DNA from: Moniliella sp. 'wahieum'
Taxonomy: Eukaryota
Direction: 5' to 3'
Length of the DNA stretch: 64,000 nt
Assembly: GCA_003971905.1 (NCBI GenBank)
Contig: RSEE01000003.1
Span: 496,001 to 560,000 of the forward strand
Below are positions 26,210 through 39,400 of the stretch, in pieces. The translations under genes and the position numbers were made by a program. The notes beneath the pieces were generated by a model. That model saw only the letters and a list, made by a program, of their open reading frames with translations, was not told the DNA's origin and searched no databases. Position 1 is the stretch's first letter. Every line of letters begins with the position of its first letter.

Positions 26210-26950
26210 CTCAGGCCTCGCTGTGAGGCTTCAAGCTTCAAGCTTCAAGCTCCAGGCTTCGGTCACTGTCACTTTTTGATCTTAGATCGATCCTTCAGAT
26301 CTCAGACCCTACTCCGGGGAGGTCACTCGGTCACCGGTCACGCGTCATGCACGTCATGCATCATCAATCATGCAGTCACTGCAATATGTAACTGGTCACC
26401 TGACCGGTGACCTTTAGCAGCCACCTAGTCACCAGTCAACTAGTCGCCACCGCTGCGTTCTTCGCTCCATGTTTACTCGCAACGAGTGTACCCCGCACAT
26501 TAATCGTTGCGACTGCACCATTAGTTACCTGGTCACCGGTGAGGCCACTCCCCGGCCGGCCCTCTCTGCAGTCAGGAGTCGGAGAGTGCTCTGTGCCGCG
26601 GCGCAATAGTAGTGCCACACGACCAGCACCAGCTCCATGTTCGCGGCGGCCCAACGTTTGCGCGGCTCAGCTGAGCACTCAGTCTGAGTACTCAACTGAG
26701 CGTTCAAACATTCAAGCTGCTCAATGTTCAAGTTCAAGCTTCAAGCTTCAAGGAGCGTTCAAGTACGTTCAAGCTCAACCAACCCTCGAGGGGCCATCGG
26801 TTCAACCGAGAAAATACGGGTGTTGCAAGATGGATTAGGTTTATATTGGGCCTTGTCCTGGGCCAGACGCAAGTGGTGGGCTGCGGGGCGCGGGGGCTGG
26901 CAGCCAGTGGCTAGTGGATGATCGATGATCTCGATGATCTGAGATTGAGA
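26210..26950. repeat. Cluster of 7-bp-period palindrome arrays upstream of zinc-finger paralog B
   Basis: TCAAGCT repeats, TCAGATCTCA, TCACCGGTCACGCGTCA, TGACCGGTGA, TGAGTACTCA, TGATCGATGA. Confidence 0.85.
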
Positions 26951-28021
26951 TGGAGTGAGAGAGTGCTTTTGCGTGGCAGATGTGGCGTGCACATGCGCCC
27001 CTTGCCTGCAAAAAGCTCTGGTGTGCTCTGGCCCCCCGACAGACACACTGCTGGGTTGCGCCACCTGCAAGGCTGCAGCTTGGGGTCTGGCGCTGGGCTA
27101 GCCTAGGCTAAAGCTGAAATCCCAGCGTGAGAGGTGCGGCCGTCTGACCTGGCGCCTGAGGCCCTGAGCGACTGCGCCAGAGCACATGGCTGTGGCTTCC
27201 CCAATCGTTGATCGGTGCTTTCAGATCTCGCAGATTTCCCACACTCGAGCGATGCATGGTGCGTGATGCAGATGCTCGTGCCACCAGCCAAGCCAGCCAA
27301 GCCAAGGCAACGCAAGGTATGCATGGTGTGTGATCGATCATTGGTCGGTAGTCGCTGCTGCATGCTGGTGCAGGACAACACTGTATTTCCGCGGAGTGGC
27401 AACGCCTGGCAACGCACCACGCGGTGGGCAGCATCATGCATCAGGTATCATGCATCGGCGATCATCGCTCAGCTAGAGCGCGGTGCACCAGGCGTGTCTC
27501 CCTCGGAAGCTGCGCGGGGGCGCAGAGGCTTCTGGAGGCGCAGCCCGGGGGATGTGGTCGCGGGATCGCTGATGGATGTGCCGCGAAGCACGAGGCACGA
27601 TGGGTGATCTGGGGCTGCGCGAGGGTGTGCGTTGCGCGTTACGGTTACTCGATGCCGGTTGTAGCGCTGTGCGGGCTGCACACTGCGCTGCGGCGCTGCT
27701 GCTGCTGCATGCATGCCGCCTCGCGTTGGCCGCGTTAATACCGCCCGCCCGGCGCCAGTGTCCTGCGCCTTTCATGCTGGCGCGGATTTTGATCGCCCGG
27801 GGGCCGGATGGGTTCCGGCTCAAGTTGAAGCTTGCGGCGTGAAGCGCAGGTTCACGCTGGATTTGATTAGTGGTTCGCCTAGCAGGCCTCACGCAGCCCA
27901 GGCCCAGCCGACGCCAGCGTCTGCTCCCGCCTCCCGTGCGCCCCCACCCTCACCCGCACCTGCACCCCCACCATCCCCATCCCCATCCCCTCTCCTCTCT
28001 CGCCCTGCCCTGCTGTCCTCC

Positions 28022-30042
28022 ATGGACACCCACATCGCCCCCGCCCCGCCCGTCTCGCCCATGTCCCCAGCCGCTCCATGCTGCTCGGCGCGCTGGACAC
28101 GAACCACATTCCGCCGCATTTTCTCGCCTCCCCGGCTGATTCGGCGGCCGATGCTCCTTTCCAACCTCACCCCCCTGCCCCGCCCCGCTCCTCCTTGTCG
28201 GCTCCGCGCCCGCCGTGGCTTGTCGCATCGCTCCGCCGTGCCAGCCTGGCTGGTGCAGCGCCAGCACCAGTAGCATCTCCGGCTCCTGGCAGCGACCTTC
28301 CCCCCCCCCTGCTGCTGGCTCTTGTGCCGGTACAGGCGAGCGTCAGTTCGTGTGTAGAGAGTGCAATCGCTCCTTTGCACGGCTCCTCCACCTCCAACGC
28401 CATGAGTACCGCCACGTGGACTACCGTCCCTTCGAGTGCCCTTGCTGCGATAAGACGTTCAGCCGGCACGATTCCCTTGTGCGCCATGCGCGCCTGCACA
28501 AGGACCAGATGCCCGAAGGCAGCCAGGCAGCGGAGATGCTACGCAAACACAAGGGTATGTTCTCCTAGTGCATATACACTTACTGGTTCCGCGGCCAGAT
28601 GAACTAACCATGTGCTCACCCTCCTCTCGACAGCCTGCATGACATGCACCGAAACAGCCAAGTGCGAGAGGTGCGCCAAGTTCGCCGCCGTCCTCAACAG
28701 GCAAAGCTTCTCGCAAGAGCAAATCGGCATCATCAAGGACGGCCGAGTTGACATGCCGCCACAGCTGTCTACAGACGATTCGGTGATGCCCAAGGGCCTT
28801 GTCCCCGGTGAATTCGGCTTCAACTCGGCGCCAACCGTCGCCTCTCGGTCCGCAGAACCACGGTGCTCTTGGCCTAGGACAGAAGCGTGATAGGAACTTG
28901 GTCCGGGTCCCCTCAAATTCCTCTCTCACATCGTCCCGAAGTCAGACCACAACATGGAGTTCGTTATCGCGGGCATCTGTGCCCCCGACGGCTCTTGGTG
29001 TAGACCATGGCCATTCCTTCAGCCCGTCTCCTCACTCGGCCTTCTCGGATGATCCACTGCAATGGCCTCCCAGCCCCGCCCGAGCAGCTGCAGCCTTGTC
29101 TGCCCAAGCACAAGCCACTCACTTGCCCCATCCTGCCTCCCTGGCCCCTGGCCAATCTCATCTCGAGGCACAAACTCAGCAGCCCTTCGGTTCCCTCGAT
29201 GCACTAGCCTCGGCAGAGGCGCAAACACAACTTCAATCGTTTTCGTTTACTCCGGACTCCCCTCCGGCATTAGTATGCCCCGTGGCTCTTTCTCCAGTGA
29301 ACCCGTCTTGCCGAGCCAAATGCCCTGCCCTTCCAGGCCAATCCCCCTGCCATGGGTATGCTTGACCTAGCTACTCTTGCGGAGCAAGGCACTCTGGTCG
29401 ACACATACCTTCAGATGCAAGTACAAATGGCCACGATCAGAAAGTTCATGCACGAAAATATGGTCGCCTACCTCGCACGCCGGTTGCCTCCCATGGCGCT
29501 TGATGGGATGCCGCCGGATTCTCGAAATGAGCCCAGCCACTTCCCTGCACCGCCTCATGGGCAATCTCTTCCCCCCACGCATCCCCCTCAGTCCGACGCT
29601 CGCTGGGGTTATGCTCCCTCTCAAGTGTCCGACGAGTCGGGTACGACAACAACGATGAGCATGCCTCCACCTCGTGCTGAAGCGGGTGACCACCGCGGAC
29701 AACCTGCTGTTGGACGCGTTTCCACGACGTTGGTACCTGAGTTGATCGGTCTTGGTCTGGGAGGAGGGAAGGCCATTTGGCATGGGTTCTTCCCCTGCTC
29801 CGCCTGGTCCCATTTTCCCGAGTGGAAACGATTCCAAGCCTGAACCTTCGCTGCCTGCCCCGACAGACAATGAGTCCAACTCTCTTTCCGACCTATTGGA
29901 GCGAGTGCAAGCCTTCCAATCGGTGTTGGAGGACACTTCGAACTCTCCAGGGAACCAAGAAGAGACCCGTACTGAGGTGGACAACGAACCGACCATGGAC
30001 CCATGCTTGATCCCAACGACGTATACAACCTGGAGGGGCTAA
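28022..30042 (+). CDS. C2H2 zinc-finger transcription factor (two fingers plus a Cys4 motif), paralog B; spliced, frameshifted
   Basis: FVCRECNRSFARLLHLQRHEYRHVDYRPFECPCCDKTFSRHDSLVRHARLH...RKHK / intron ~28555-28633 / ACMTCTETAKCERC, then a Pro/Ser-rich C-terminus. Confidence 0.85.
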
Positions 30043-30573
30043 GCTAGCCCTTGCAAGTTTTCGGACACCAGGTAACTGGCATCTGATTGATAGCTAATGC
30101 TGTTTCTTCCCTGTACCGAAACACCAACAGGGTTCATGTTGTTGGCGTTTTTCTTGTTTCCCTTCCTTCTCTTCGCCGTCTTCCTCCCCAACTCTCTCTT
30201 CTACTTCTGCCGTTTGTACGCATTTGGCACATCGGATGGTGCTGATTATACCCTACGCGCGCTACGTCCTTGCCCTCACGCGAGACGGCAAGGACGAAGT
30301 GCATACTCTTCCCCCCAGAGCTCTACTCCGCACGCATGTTATGCGAGGGCCGTCTCTGTGCACCTTGATCTGTAGCCCACCCGCTGCTTCACAGTCGATC
30401 GATCGACTGTGGCGGTCTGTAGGACTGTTGGTCCTCCATCTGTATCATGAAATCCACATTATGCCCCCATTCCCTCTCACACTGCAGGTCTCCATCTTCT
30501 GTTTCACTAACACGTCTTGGGTTTTGGATGTACAAGTTAGAACCCAAGCGGGGGCGAAGGTGCAACCTTTTTG

Positions 30574-33073
30574 TCAGCACCGTTCGAATACACGATACAG
30601 ATCGGCCATCGCCGCCACCTTGAACACGGATGTGGGTTGGACACGGGAGGATGGAAGGTAAGCACCGCGCCGTGCGTGCATTGCGGGGAACCAGACGTGT
30701 TGGATGGCCCACTGACTCATCCCGTCCCCGTCCCCATCCTCTACCTCGCTCGTCTCGGGGGGAACACACGCCCGCCCAATCTCCCGGGCCACGCCAGCGA
30801 GACAGGGCTGCTCCTCGCTCCAGTTCACCGTGGTGGCCAGGCGGATCAGGAGGGAGGCAATGTTAGCAGGTTGGATTCCGTGCCCCGCCACTTGCCTTTG
30901 CCAGTCACCCACGGCGCCGGGGGCAGGGGCAGCAGGGCGGGAAGGGCGTCCAAAGTCCCCTCGGTCCCCTCTGTGGATGGGGTGAGGCGAATGCCGAAGT
31001 ATTCGTCCAAAAGTTCCCTCTGCTCCAACAACTTTTGCACCACTATCTTCGCCATCTGCCTTTGGTCGAGATGGGTAGGGAAGGTGGTATCTCGTGCGAT
31101 TGCCGCGCTCGTCAAGGAAACCAAATCCAAAGGAGGATCAAATGCGACGGTTTCAAATGCACCAAATTGGCGGAGGACAAGTTGGTACCCAAACTCGGCT
31201 CTGTGTCCATTCTGTCAACAATTGCACACAATGAGGGGGGGGGGAGACACGCACATAATCTGAGCATGGTTGATTAGAAAGAGTTCCGTCTTGTGCTGAA
31301 TCAAGCTGAGAGATCGGGTTGGATCGACGATACCGACAAATGTGTGGTGCTGGATAATTTCCGTGAAAGCCTTGTGAGCCAGCTGCCGGACTTCATCTCG
31401 GAGAAAGCTACGGTCGCAAGATCGTTGTCACTTTCTCGGATTTTGGTCCAGCCGATTCGAGGGCGTTTCCGTGGTCCTTCCTGTTCCTCATCGTTGGGTT
31501 CCGAGGAAGGCATGAGCACAGGATCACTCGAAAGTTCTGCCATCGCCCCACTGGCGCTGGATCCCGAACCAGGCTGGGTTCGGAAAAAGCCATCGAGCGT
31601 TTGGGCGTTGGCATCGGTGCGAACCAAATGGCGGGGCTGGGTTTTGTTCGGAGTTCGTTCCATAGTAGGTTCCTCCAGTCCAGGAGGTGGAGCTGGGTAA
31701 AACGGAAAGACCGACTGCGGTTTTGTTCCTCGGGCGGGGACAGCGCGGAGGCGGCATGGGCGGCGACGGCTTCGATCACCGCATCTTCATCAACAAAGTG
31801 GACCGTTTGCTTGGAAGGATGAACATTGACGTCTAGTGCCTCGGCTGGATGGAAAGCGAAACGTAGATCCATGGATGCCCTCCGCGGGGCAGCAGTGGCG
31901 CATACAACGCTTCCAACGCACGCTTGAGTCCGGGGCAATCGACCAGCCGATCGTTGATGAAGCATAGGAACACTGTCTTCTTTCCGGACCAGTTTGCTCC
32001 ACTCATCCATCCTTCCACCGAGAATTGGGGCCCATCGGGTAGGCCTGCTCCACGTAACGGAACCAATTCCCGAGCCACTTGCTTCCCGTACAGGAGCTGG
32101 ATGACGTCGCGGGTGGTGGTGGTAGGACTGGAAGGGGTGCTCAAGTCGACCGAGTTACTCCCCGACTAACCCAGGAAGGAGTAAAGGGGGTTAGTTAGTT
32201 CCAGTTTCCCCACAAAGTAGATAAAGACGTACCCTCTTGCACATCACTCCCACGCCGCGCCCCCCGAATTGGACCGCATATTTGCTTGCCACATCGAGGC
32301 AACGATGGTACTCGTCCGCATCCGAACCGAGAGCACGGCGACGATGGGTTGGTTGTAAAACAAATCCTCAGCCTGGATCGAGGTACCGCCGGTCGCGGCA
32401 GACACTTTGGGTGGCGTTTGGAGATGACCATCAGAGTAGATGGCGCGGTACCCCCACCTGCCTCGGCAGTTTTCGTCATGACAGTGACGCGAGCCGCCGC
32501 GTACGACAGGGACGCAAGCGCCTCCCCACGGAACCCAAACGTGGCCATGTGGGACAAGTCGGCGACACTGCGCAGCTTGGAGGTGGCAAAGCGCTCACAT
32601 AGAAGCGGCAAGTCCGCATGCTGGAGCAAGCGAGCAAGAGGTTAGTCTCGGCGGGGGCGCACACAGAATCGGGATGTTCGTACGTTGATTCCAGAACCGT
32701 TATCTTGAACCTGAAGCATGCGCACTCCTCCTGAGCGAGGGTGATGCGGATCATCGTGGCGCCAGCGTCGAGGGCGTTCTCAAGGAGCTCTTTGAGGGCA
32801 TTGGCAGGCCGCTGCAGAATCTCTCCGGCGGCAATTCGGTTGATGACAGTCGTGTCGAGGCGCTTGATTGGTCGTGCGTTCGCTCGGTCTTGCGGTTCAA
32901 GTGGGCGTGCGGGCGGCGCAGGTGTCTCGATCGATCCGTCGCATAGCCAGACATTCTGAGGACGGAGGGACGCAACGGTGGCGGATGCGGTTCGCCGTGG
33001 CGGCGTGGCCACTGGCCGTCGCATCCAGACTTTCATCCCCGAACGCGTCACGGAGACGCGTCACGCTTGACAT
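30574..33073 (-). CDS. MLH1: DNA mismatch repair protein MutL homolog 1
   Basis: [71 protein letters not shown] and the diagnostic C-terminal LYRVFERC*. Confidence 0.97.
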
Positions 33074-33494
33074 AGGCGGCCGGTGATCGATGATCGATGA
33101 TCGGTGATCGACCGCAGCTGAGCCTCAGCGCTCAGGCTGAGCGAGCACTGATCGATGATCATCGATCACTGATCAAATTTCAAAACAGGCCGCAACAGGA
33201 AAGCTGTCAGGCTCAGGCTGATCCCCTTTTTGACCATCGCGCAGGACCATTTGCGCCACCGCCAGCTGGGGTGCTGAAATTTCAATGTTACGACATATGG
33301 ACACTGCCCCTGTCCCAAGTTGTTGGCGTTGGCTCTTCCCCTTTTCGCTGTCCCGGCACTGCTCGGCAGATCCGGGACACCATCTCCACCAACCACCCCC
33401 CCCCCAACAAGCAGCATGTCCTTGCCACCACCACATTTTCCCTCCCTCGCTCCCCGAAATTGGCCTGACCGGGACGTAGCACCCTGTCGCATCC
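33074..33494. promoter_or_regulatory. Short divergent MLH1-TOR intergenic region (candidate bidirectional promoter)
   Basis: Head-to-head starts ~420 bp apart; contains (TGATCGA)n at 33084-33111 and TCAGCGCTCA. Confidence 0.55.
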
Positions 33495-36400
33495 ATGCTG
33501 CCTGCCTTGCCGGCCTCCCCTATGGCCCCAGCACGCTCCACCAGCGCGTCTCTTTGTCTTCTCCGCTCTGATGCAGATGCCTCCGCAGTCAAACACGAGC
33601 ACGCTACCGTCGGTCTCATCTTCGATGCTCTCCAGGATATTAGCGATTCCCGTCGTCAGGATGCCGCCCAGAGGCTGCGAAGTCTTGTCCAGACCATCGT
33701 TGCCTCGTTTGCGGACGAGAATAGCTCCAGAGATGGCTTGTACTCTCAAGAATTCTACTCTATCTTGGCACAGCAGATCCACCGTCTCGGATCATCTGGC
33801 AGCTCTACTCAATCCCGCCTTGGCGCAATGACTGCTGTTTCCAGCATTGCCGACCTGTTGGACACCAGTTTCCTATATCGCCAACTACGTGTCATCCGCA
33901 TCAGTCTTGGAACTCGCAACCGGAGCGTAATCCACGCTGCCAACGCTGCTCTCTGTATGTCCCCTCCTCTTGTATCAAACATAGTATACTAATAATTCGG
34001 ATTCCATCCCCAAGGTCATGTGCTCCTCAAGTTTGATTCTTCTCTAGACGCTGGAAGCATCGTGGACTACATCGGAGGCTGGGCTCTCGAGCGGTTGGAG
34101 GATCCCTTGACGACCAAGTATGATCGTTATGGTGCTGTTCTCGTTATGGGATCACTAGCCAGCATCATGCCGAACCATTCTCACACATTTTTGACTTCCG
34201 CCATCAACAAACTCTGGCCAGCCTTCATTGATTCAACAACCTGGTTGCGAGAAGCCGCCAGTGAGATGCTCGGCCAGTGTCTCCAGGTCCGCACGAGCGA
34301 TTAAACGCCATTACTTTACGCTCGGTGGCACTGCAGTTGCACCGCGCTGCTGAGACGTGGCTAACCGGATCAAGAGACGACACGGTTTTCCCAGCACTCC
34401 ATGGGAGTCTATTGTGCATCAAGACACTTTTCGAAGTTGTCCCCGACTTGATAATGCACAAATACGATTCGACCCTCACCACGGTCTTTTCCTTGACTCA
34501 AATCAAGCACCATCGCTCCATATGGATCACCATCTTTACAGATCTTGTCCCCATTTTTGTCCGTTGTGACAAGGCCTCCTTTGCTGCGTATCATCTGGAT
34601 TATGTGGTGGGTGAATTGGCCGCAGCATTGCATGAAGGCGAGAAACGTGCCGGGCGCTTTCGGATTCGGGCTGAACATGTATTTGACACCTTTTCCGACG
34701 TGGTTCAGGCGGAAGGCTCTCTCATCCGGGACCATATGGTACCTATCATGTTGTGCATCAAAGAGGTTATCCAAACCAAATCCAAGGCGTCGAAGGAGAC
34801 GGTTGACTCGGCCATCAGGACACTCGGATGTATGGCCCAATCCGATAGTGACTATTTGGGTCACATCTGGATGGGCGGCTGCTTGATTGTGTGTTGGACG
34901 TGAGCTGAGCAGGAACTGGGCCGACGCTCTCAACAAAATTGTCGCTTCAGCTCCTTCGATTTTAAACAAGGCTCAAAGCCGTGTGCTCACCAAGGTCTCG
35001 TTGGTTTTAGTAGGGAAACCGTTCCGACCAGTTGGATCTCCTTCGTCTCCCAATGTGGAAGTGGGCAGTACAGCGATGAAAAGCAGGAATTCTTCTCATC
35101 CGTTCGACCCCGGGTTGGTTTGCGCGGCACTATATTCCTTACGAGTATTTGACCTGTCAGGTCATGCTTTGGCAGAGTTTGTGGTACAAGGGGTGCTTCC
35201 ATACCTGAGCAGCGAAAACAATGCTATTCGAGAAGAGGCCATGGAAACTTGTTCGGAAATGTGTGCCAAGATTCCGGCAAAGTCGGGGAACAGCCTACGC
35301 CTTACCGAGATCATCACGACGCCCTCGACAAGATTATGGCCGTCGCGGTCATGGACCCTGAGAATGCTTACGAGTAAAGGCCCTTCAGCAACTAGGTCCC
35401 CAGTTTGACATGTACTTGCTGCAACCAGAGTTTGCCCGTTCAATCCTCATTCTTGTAAACGACCCGAACTTCGCTGTGCGTGTGGAGGCGCTTAAGATCA
35501 TGTCGCGATTGGGTGCCATCAATCCTGGCGCTATTGCCTCAATGACACGCAGTACCCTTGCCCAGCTCCTTACCGAGGCTGAAGTATCTCCACACCCCAC
35601 GAACCAAGAGGAGGCGATCATTATGCTCACCATGATTATCCGAGCTTCTCCTCCGCTTGCACGGCTGTATGTCAACACATCATGCCCGTGATTATGGCCA
35701 AGTTTGACCATCCCGTCTCCCAAGTGGCCTGCAATGCCCTCATCTGTATAGGTGAACTGGCGCGCTTATGTGGAACCGAGCTTGCTCCAAACGCCCGTCC
35801 CTTGATGACGGGAATAGTCCAGAAGATAACCAAGAGAAGAAAGCATGGAGAATTACCGGAACGCAATGCCGCTATCGCTGCCCTCGCCTGGATTGCATCT
35901 AGCACGGGCTCCATGGTGCAGCCTATCACTCAGTATAAGTACCTCTTGGGTGCTTGGGACAAATCCTCAAGGCATCAACTGATACTACAACACCTCGTGA
36001 TATCAGCCGTGCAGTCGGCTTTCTTGGCGCGGTGGATCCCAACCGGTTGAAGGTAAGTCGTCATAGTCAAGGCTACACACAGTCCCCATTGATCCCACTA
36101 ACCTATCATATTCGATACACAGGATGAATTGGAGCTCCCAGACGACGAGTTCGTGATGCCCCCCAACCCCGGCTCCGACTTGGGGATCTTTGATGTTGGG
36201 GTAGTAGATGGATTTGACCATCCAGACTATCTCGAACACGTGGCCGTTTCGTGTTTGCTTCGCATTTGGGACGACATGGCTCTGGCCAACCACCACCGTG
36301 CTGTGGCAGAGACACTGATGCTCATGTTCCGCAGCGGAGGATTAGCCATTTCCAAGCTGAACCAAGTTGTTCCCGCCTTCCTTCTCAAAATCTCTACAGT

Positions 36401-39400
36401 CCCTGGGAAGGCAAACTTTTATTACGAGCAGCTAGCCAACTTGATCTCAGTGGCGAAGTTGCATACGCGGGCATTTATGTCCCGCATCGTTGACCGCATC
36501 TCTCATGGGACACAAATATCTCACGCCAATCTATTGTGTCGTGCATCGAGGCTCTCTGCGCTTCCGTTGGCCGAGAGATCAGCGAACATATGCATTGTCT
36601 ATTGCCCCTTCTTCTCCGTGAGCTAAGCACGGCGACTGGAAACTCCCCAGTGCATCAAAACAGTTAATCAAGATCCTTCATACCCTCACATTGATGGGCA
36701 CAGCGGTGAACGAGTACCGCCTCCCCGTTATAACGGTGCTTCGCAACATGATCAATGATGTTGGCCTTCCTCATCCAGTGCGCGAGAAAGCTATTGTCAC
36801 CTTGAATCACTCGATCTGGTCCTCGATTGGTCCCTCATGTCGGGAGGTCATATCCATATCTTGGTCGTGTCTTGGCAGACCCGAACTCCAGCGATGGGCT
36901 AAGGTTGGCTGCAATGGATGCACTGTCGACCATTGCAGTCCATCTGGGTCAAGGGTACCTAAAGTTCACTCACAAGGTCGAGCAAGCCAGAAGGAACTAC
37001 TACTTCAGGCATCCACTGTACGAGATGATAGTGGCCAAACTTCTCAATGGGGAAAAGCCGACGCGCGATCTTCTCCCTAAACCCTTCTGTCCACCCCAAG
37101 AACCGCCCCCGACAAAACAACCGGTATTGCCGAATGCAAATCGCCTCCGACAAGCGTGGCAGGTTTTGAACCTCGTCACTAATGAAGACTGGGACATGTG
37201 GATGAAAGGTATGGCTGAGGCGTTCCTTATGGAAGCACCCTCCCTTGCGGTGCGTGCATGCCTGCCTGTCGCTGCTGTGCATCCTCCATTGGCCATTCAA
37301 ATGCTCCCAATGATCTTTGACGCTTGCTACAGTGCCCTACCGAGGCCGTACGTCGATGACTTTCAGCAAACTGTCATGGGTGTGTTCGAGTCCAAAACGG
37401 CACCACAACACATTATACACATCCTCCTCCAATTGGCTGAGTTGGTTGAACGCCGGATCAAGCCGTCCCCTCGAGACCTATACCTGTGGGGTACTACTGC
37501 TTTGATAACGGCTACTACACTCAAGCGTTGCATTGGCTGAGTCTGTTTTGACAGTCCACCAGGACAAGTCGGTGTTGGATTCGCTCATCGAGATCACCGC
37601 TCGGGGGCGAGACAGGCAGTGCGGTGGGTACGATCCACCTGGTCCAAGATGAACAGGGAGGCGACCTGCACGAAATGGGGAAGTGGTATGAGAAGCTGCA
37701 TGAGTGGGACCAAGCCCTGACTGTGTATCAAGGGCGTGGGGACGAGGAGCTCGAGACTCATGGGGCAGTGCAGATGTCTACCCAAATAGGTAAGATGCGC
37801 TGCTTCAAGCGTTAGGCCTGCACCAAAACCTAGTCTCATCAATTCAGCAGGCATGCGAATATGAAGATGCGAGCGAAGAGCAGACTCAGGAGTTGGCTCG
37901 TCTCGGCGCCGCAACTGCTTGGCTTCAGCACAATGGGATGCATTCGACAAAATTCACCCAGCGTATGCCCCGCCACTCCGAAGACCGCTCTTTCTACCGC
38001 GCCATTTTGTTTTCACACCGGGGACAATCCGAGAAGGCTCGCAAGCACATTAACGTGGCGTGACTTGGCCCGATCAGAGTCGGACTGATGCTATCCGATG
38101 GGTACACGCATCGTATGATTCAGTGGTGCGCACCCAGATTTTGGCCGAGCTGGAGGAGGTGTTGATCTACAAGGCATGTGTTGGCGATACTGAACGGCAA
38201 GCGGCAATACGTCGTACCTGGTTCAAGCGTCTCCAGAGGTGCCAACCTGATGTGGAGTGTGGCAACAGGTTCTATCCGTGCGCAATTTGGTCGTTTCTCC
38301 CAGGGAGGATCCAGTGGCCTGGATCAAATTTGCCAATTTATGCCGGAAAGAGGGACGAATGACTTTGGCTCGCAGCACCCTCTCCGAGTGATGGGAGTGG
38401 AAGAGGATGCGACGGACGCACACATCGGATTGGACCTCTACACGTCTTCAAGCGTACCCCCTGCCGTGTCATATGCCCACCTCAAATTACGTTGGTCCGC
38501 CCACCCTCAAGAGCGCCTAACCATCCTCTCCGATCTCTGCACTTTTACCACCAACTTGGAGGCCCGGATCCCCGTTCTTGGCCCTGAAGCAGTCACCCAG
38601 AGTCAAATTGAAGGCGCCCCGCCCATTCGGTCTCAAGCAGCCAAGAGGGAAATCCTTAACTTGCTGGCACACTGCTTTACCAAGCAAGGCGAGTGGAAGA
38701 AGACCTTTGCGGAACCTGGGAAGTGGGCGATAGAGCCAGTTATGAGTGATGTGCTGGGTTCTTTCCGAAGAGCGACTGAGCTGGACGGAGGCTGGGAAAA
38801 GGCGTGGCATTGCTGGGCCGAGGCCAACATGGAAATCCTCCAGAAGCGGATCGAGGAAGGCGCAGAGGTGCCCGCATTGCTACAGAGTATTGTCCCTGCA
38901 ATGACCGGGCTCGTTCGCGTTTTGCTCTGGGAAAGGATGCATTACAAGACCGCCTTCACCTTATCTCACTGTGGTTTAGCTGGGGGCAAGAGGTAATGGT
39001 CGCGAGAGCCATCATTAATGGATTCGCTGCCGTCAAAGTGGAAACCTGGCTGGACGTGATCCCTCAAATCGTTGCTCGCATCGGCACTAGCAAGTGGCGC
39101 ATCAGGAACCAGATCAAGTTACTCCTCTGCAGTATCGGCGTGACTCATCCACAAGCATTGATTTACTCCCTTTTGGTGGCCACCAAAAGCAATGTCCTTT
39201 CCCGCACCGTTGTCGCCCAAGATGTGATCGACTCAATCCGCGACCGCTATCCAGAAATGGTGAACCAAGCTGCATTGGTCTCCCATGAGCTTATTCGCCT
39301 TGCTGTTCTCTGGTCAGAGTTATGGTTGGCCAATCTCAAGACCTTGAGTATCTTGCAGTTGTCCACTAAACAAGACCCTGTGAACGATTTGCCACTTTAG

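Noticed and set aside
4166..30042. Calling this region a mating-type locus
   Set aside because: No homeodomain, pheromone (CAAX) or STE3 receptor gene is visible; only the layout is reminiscent.
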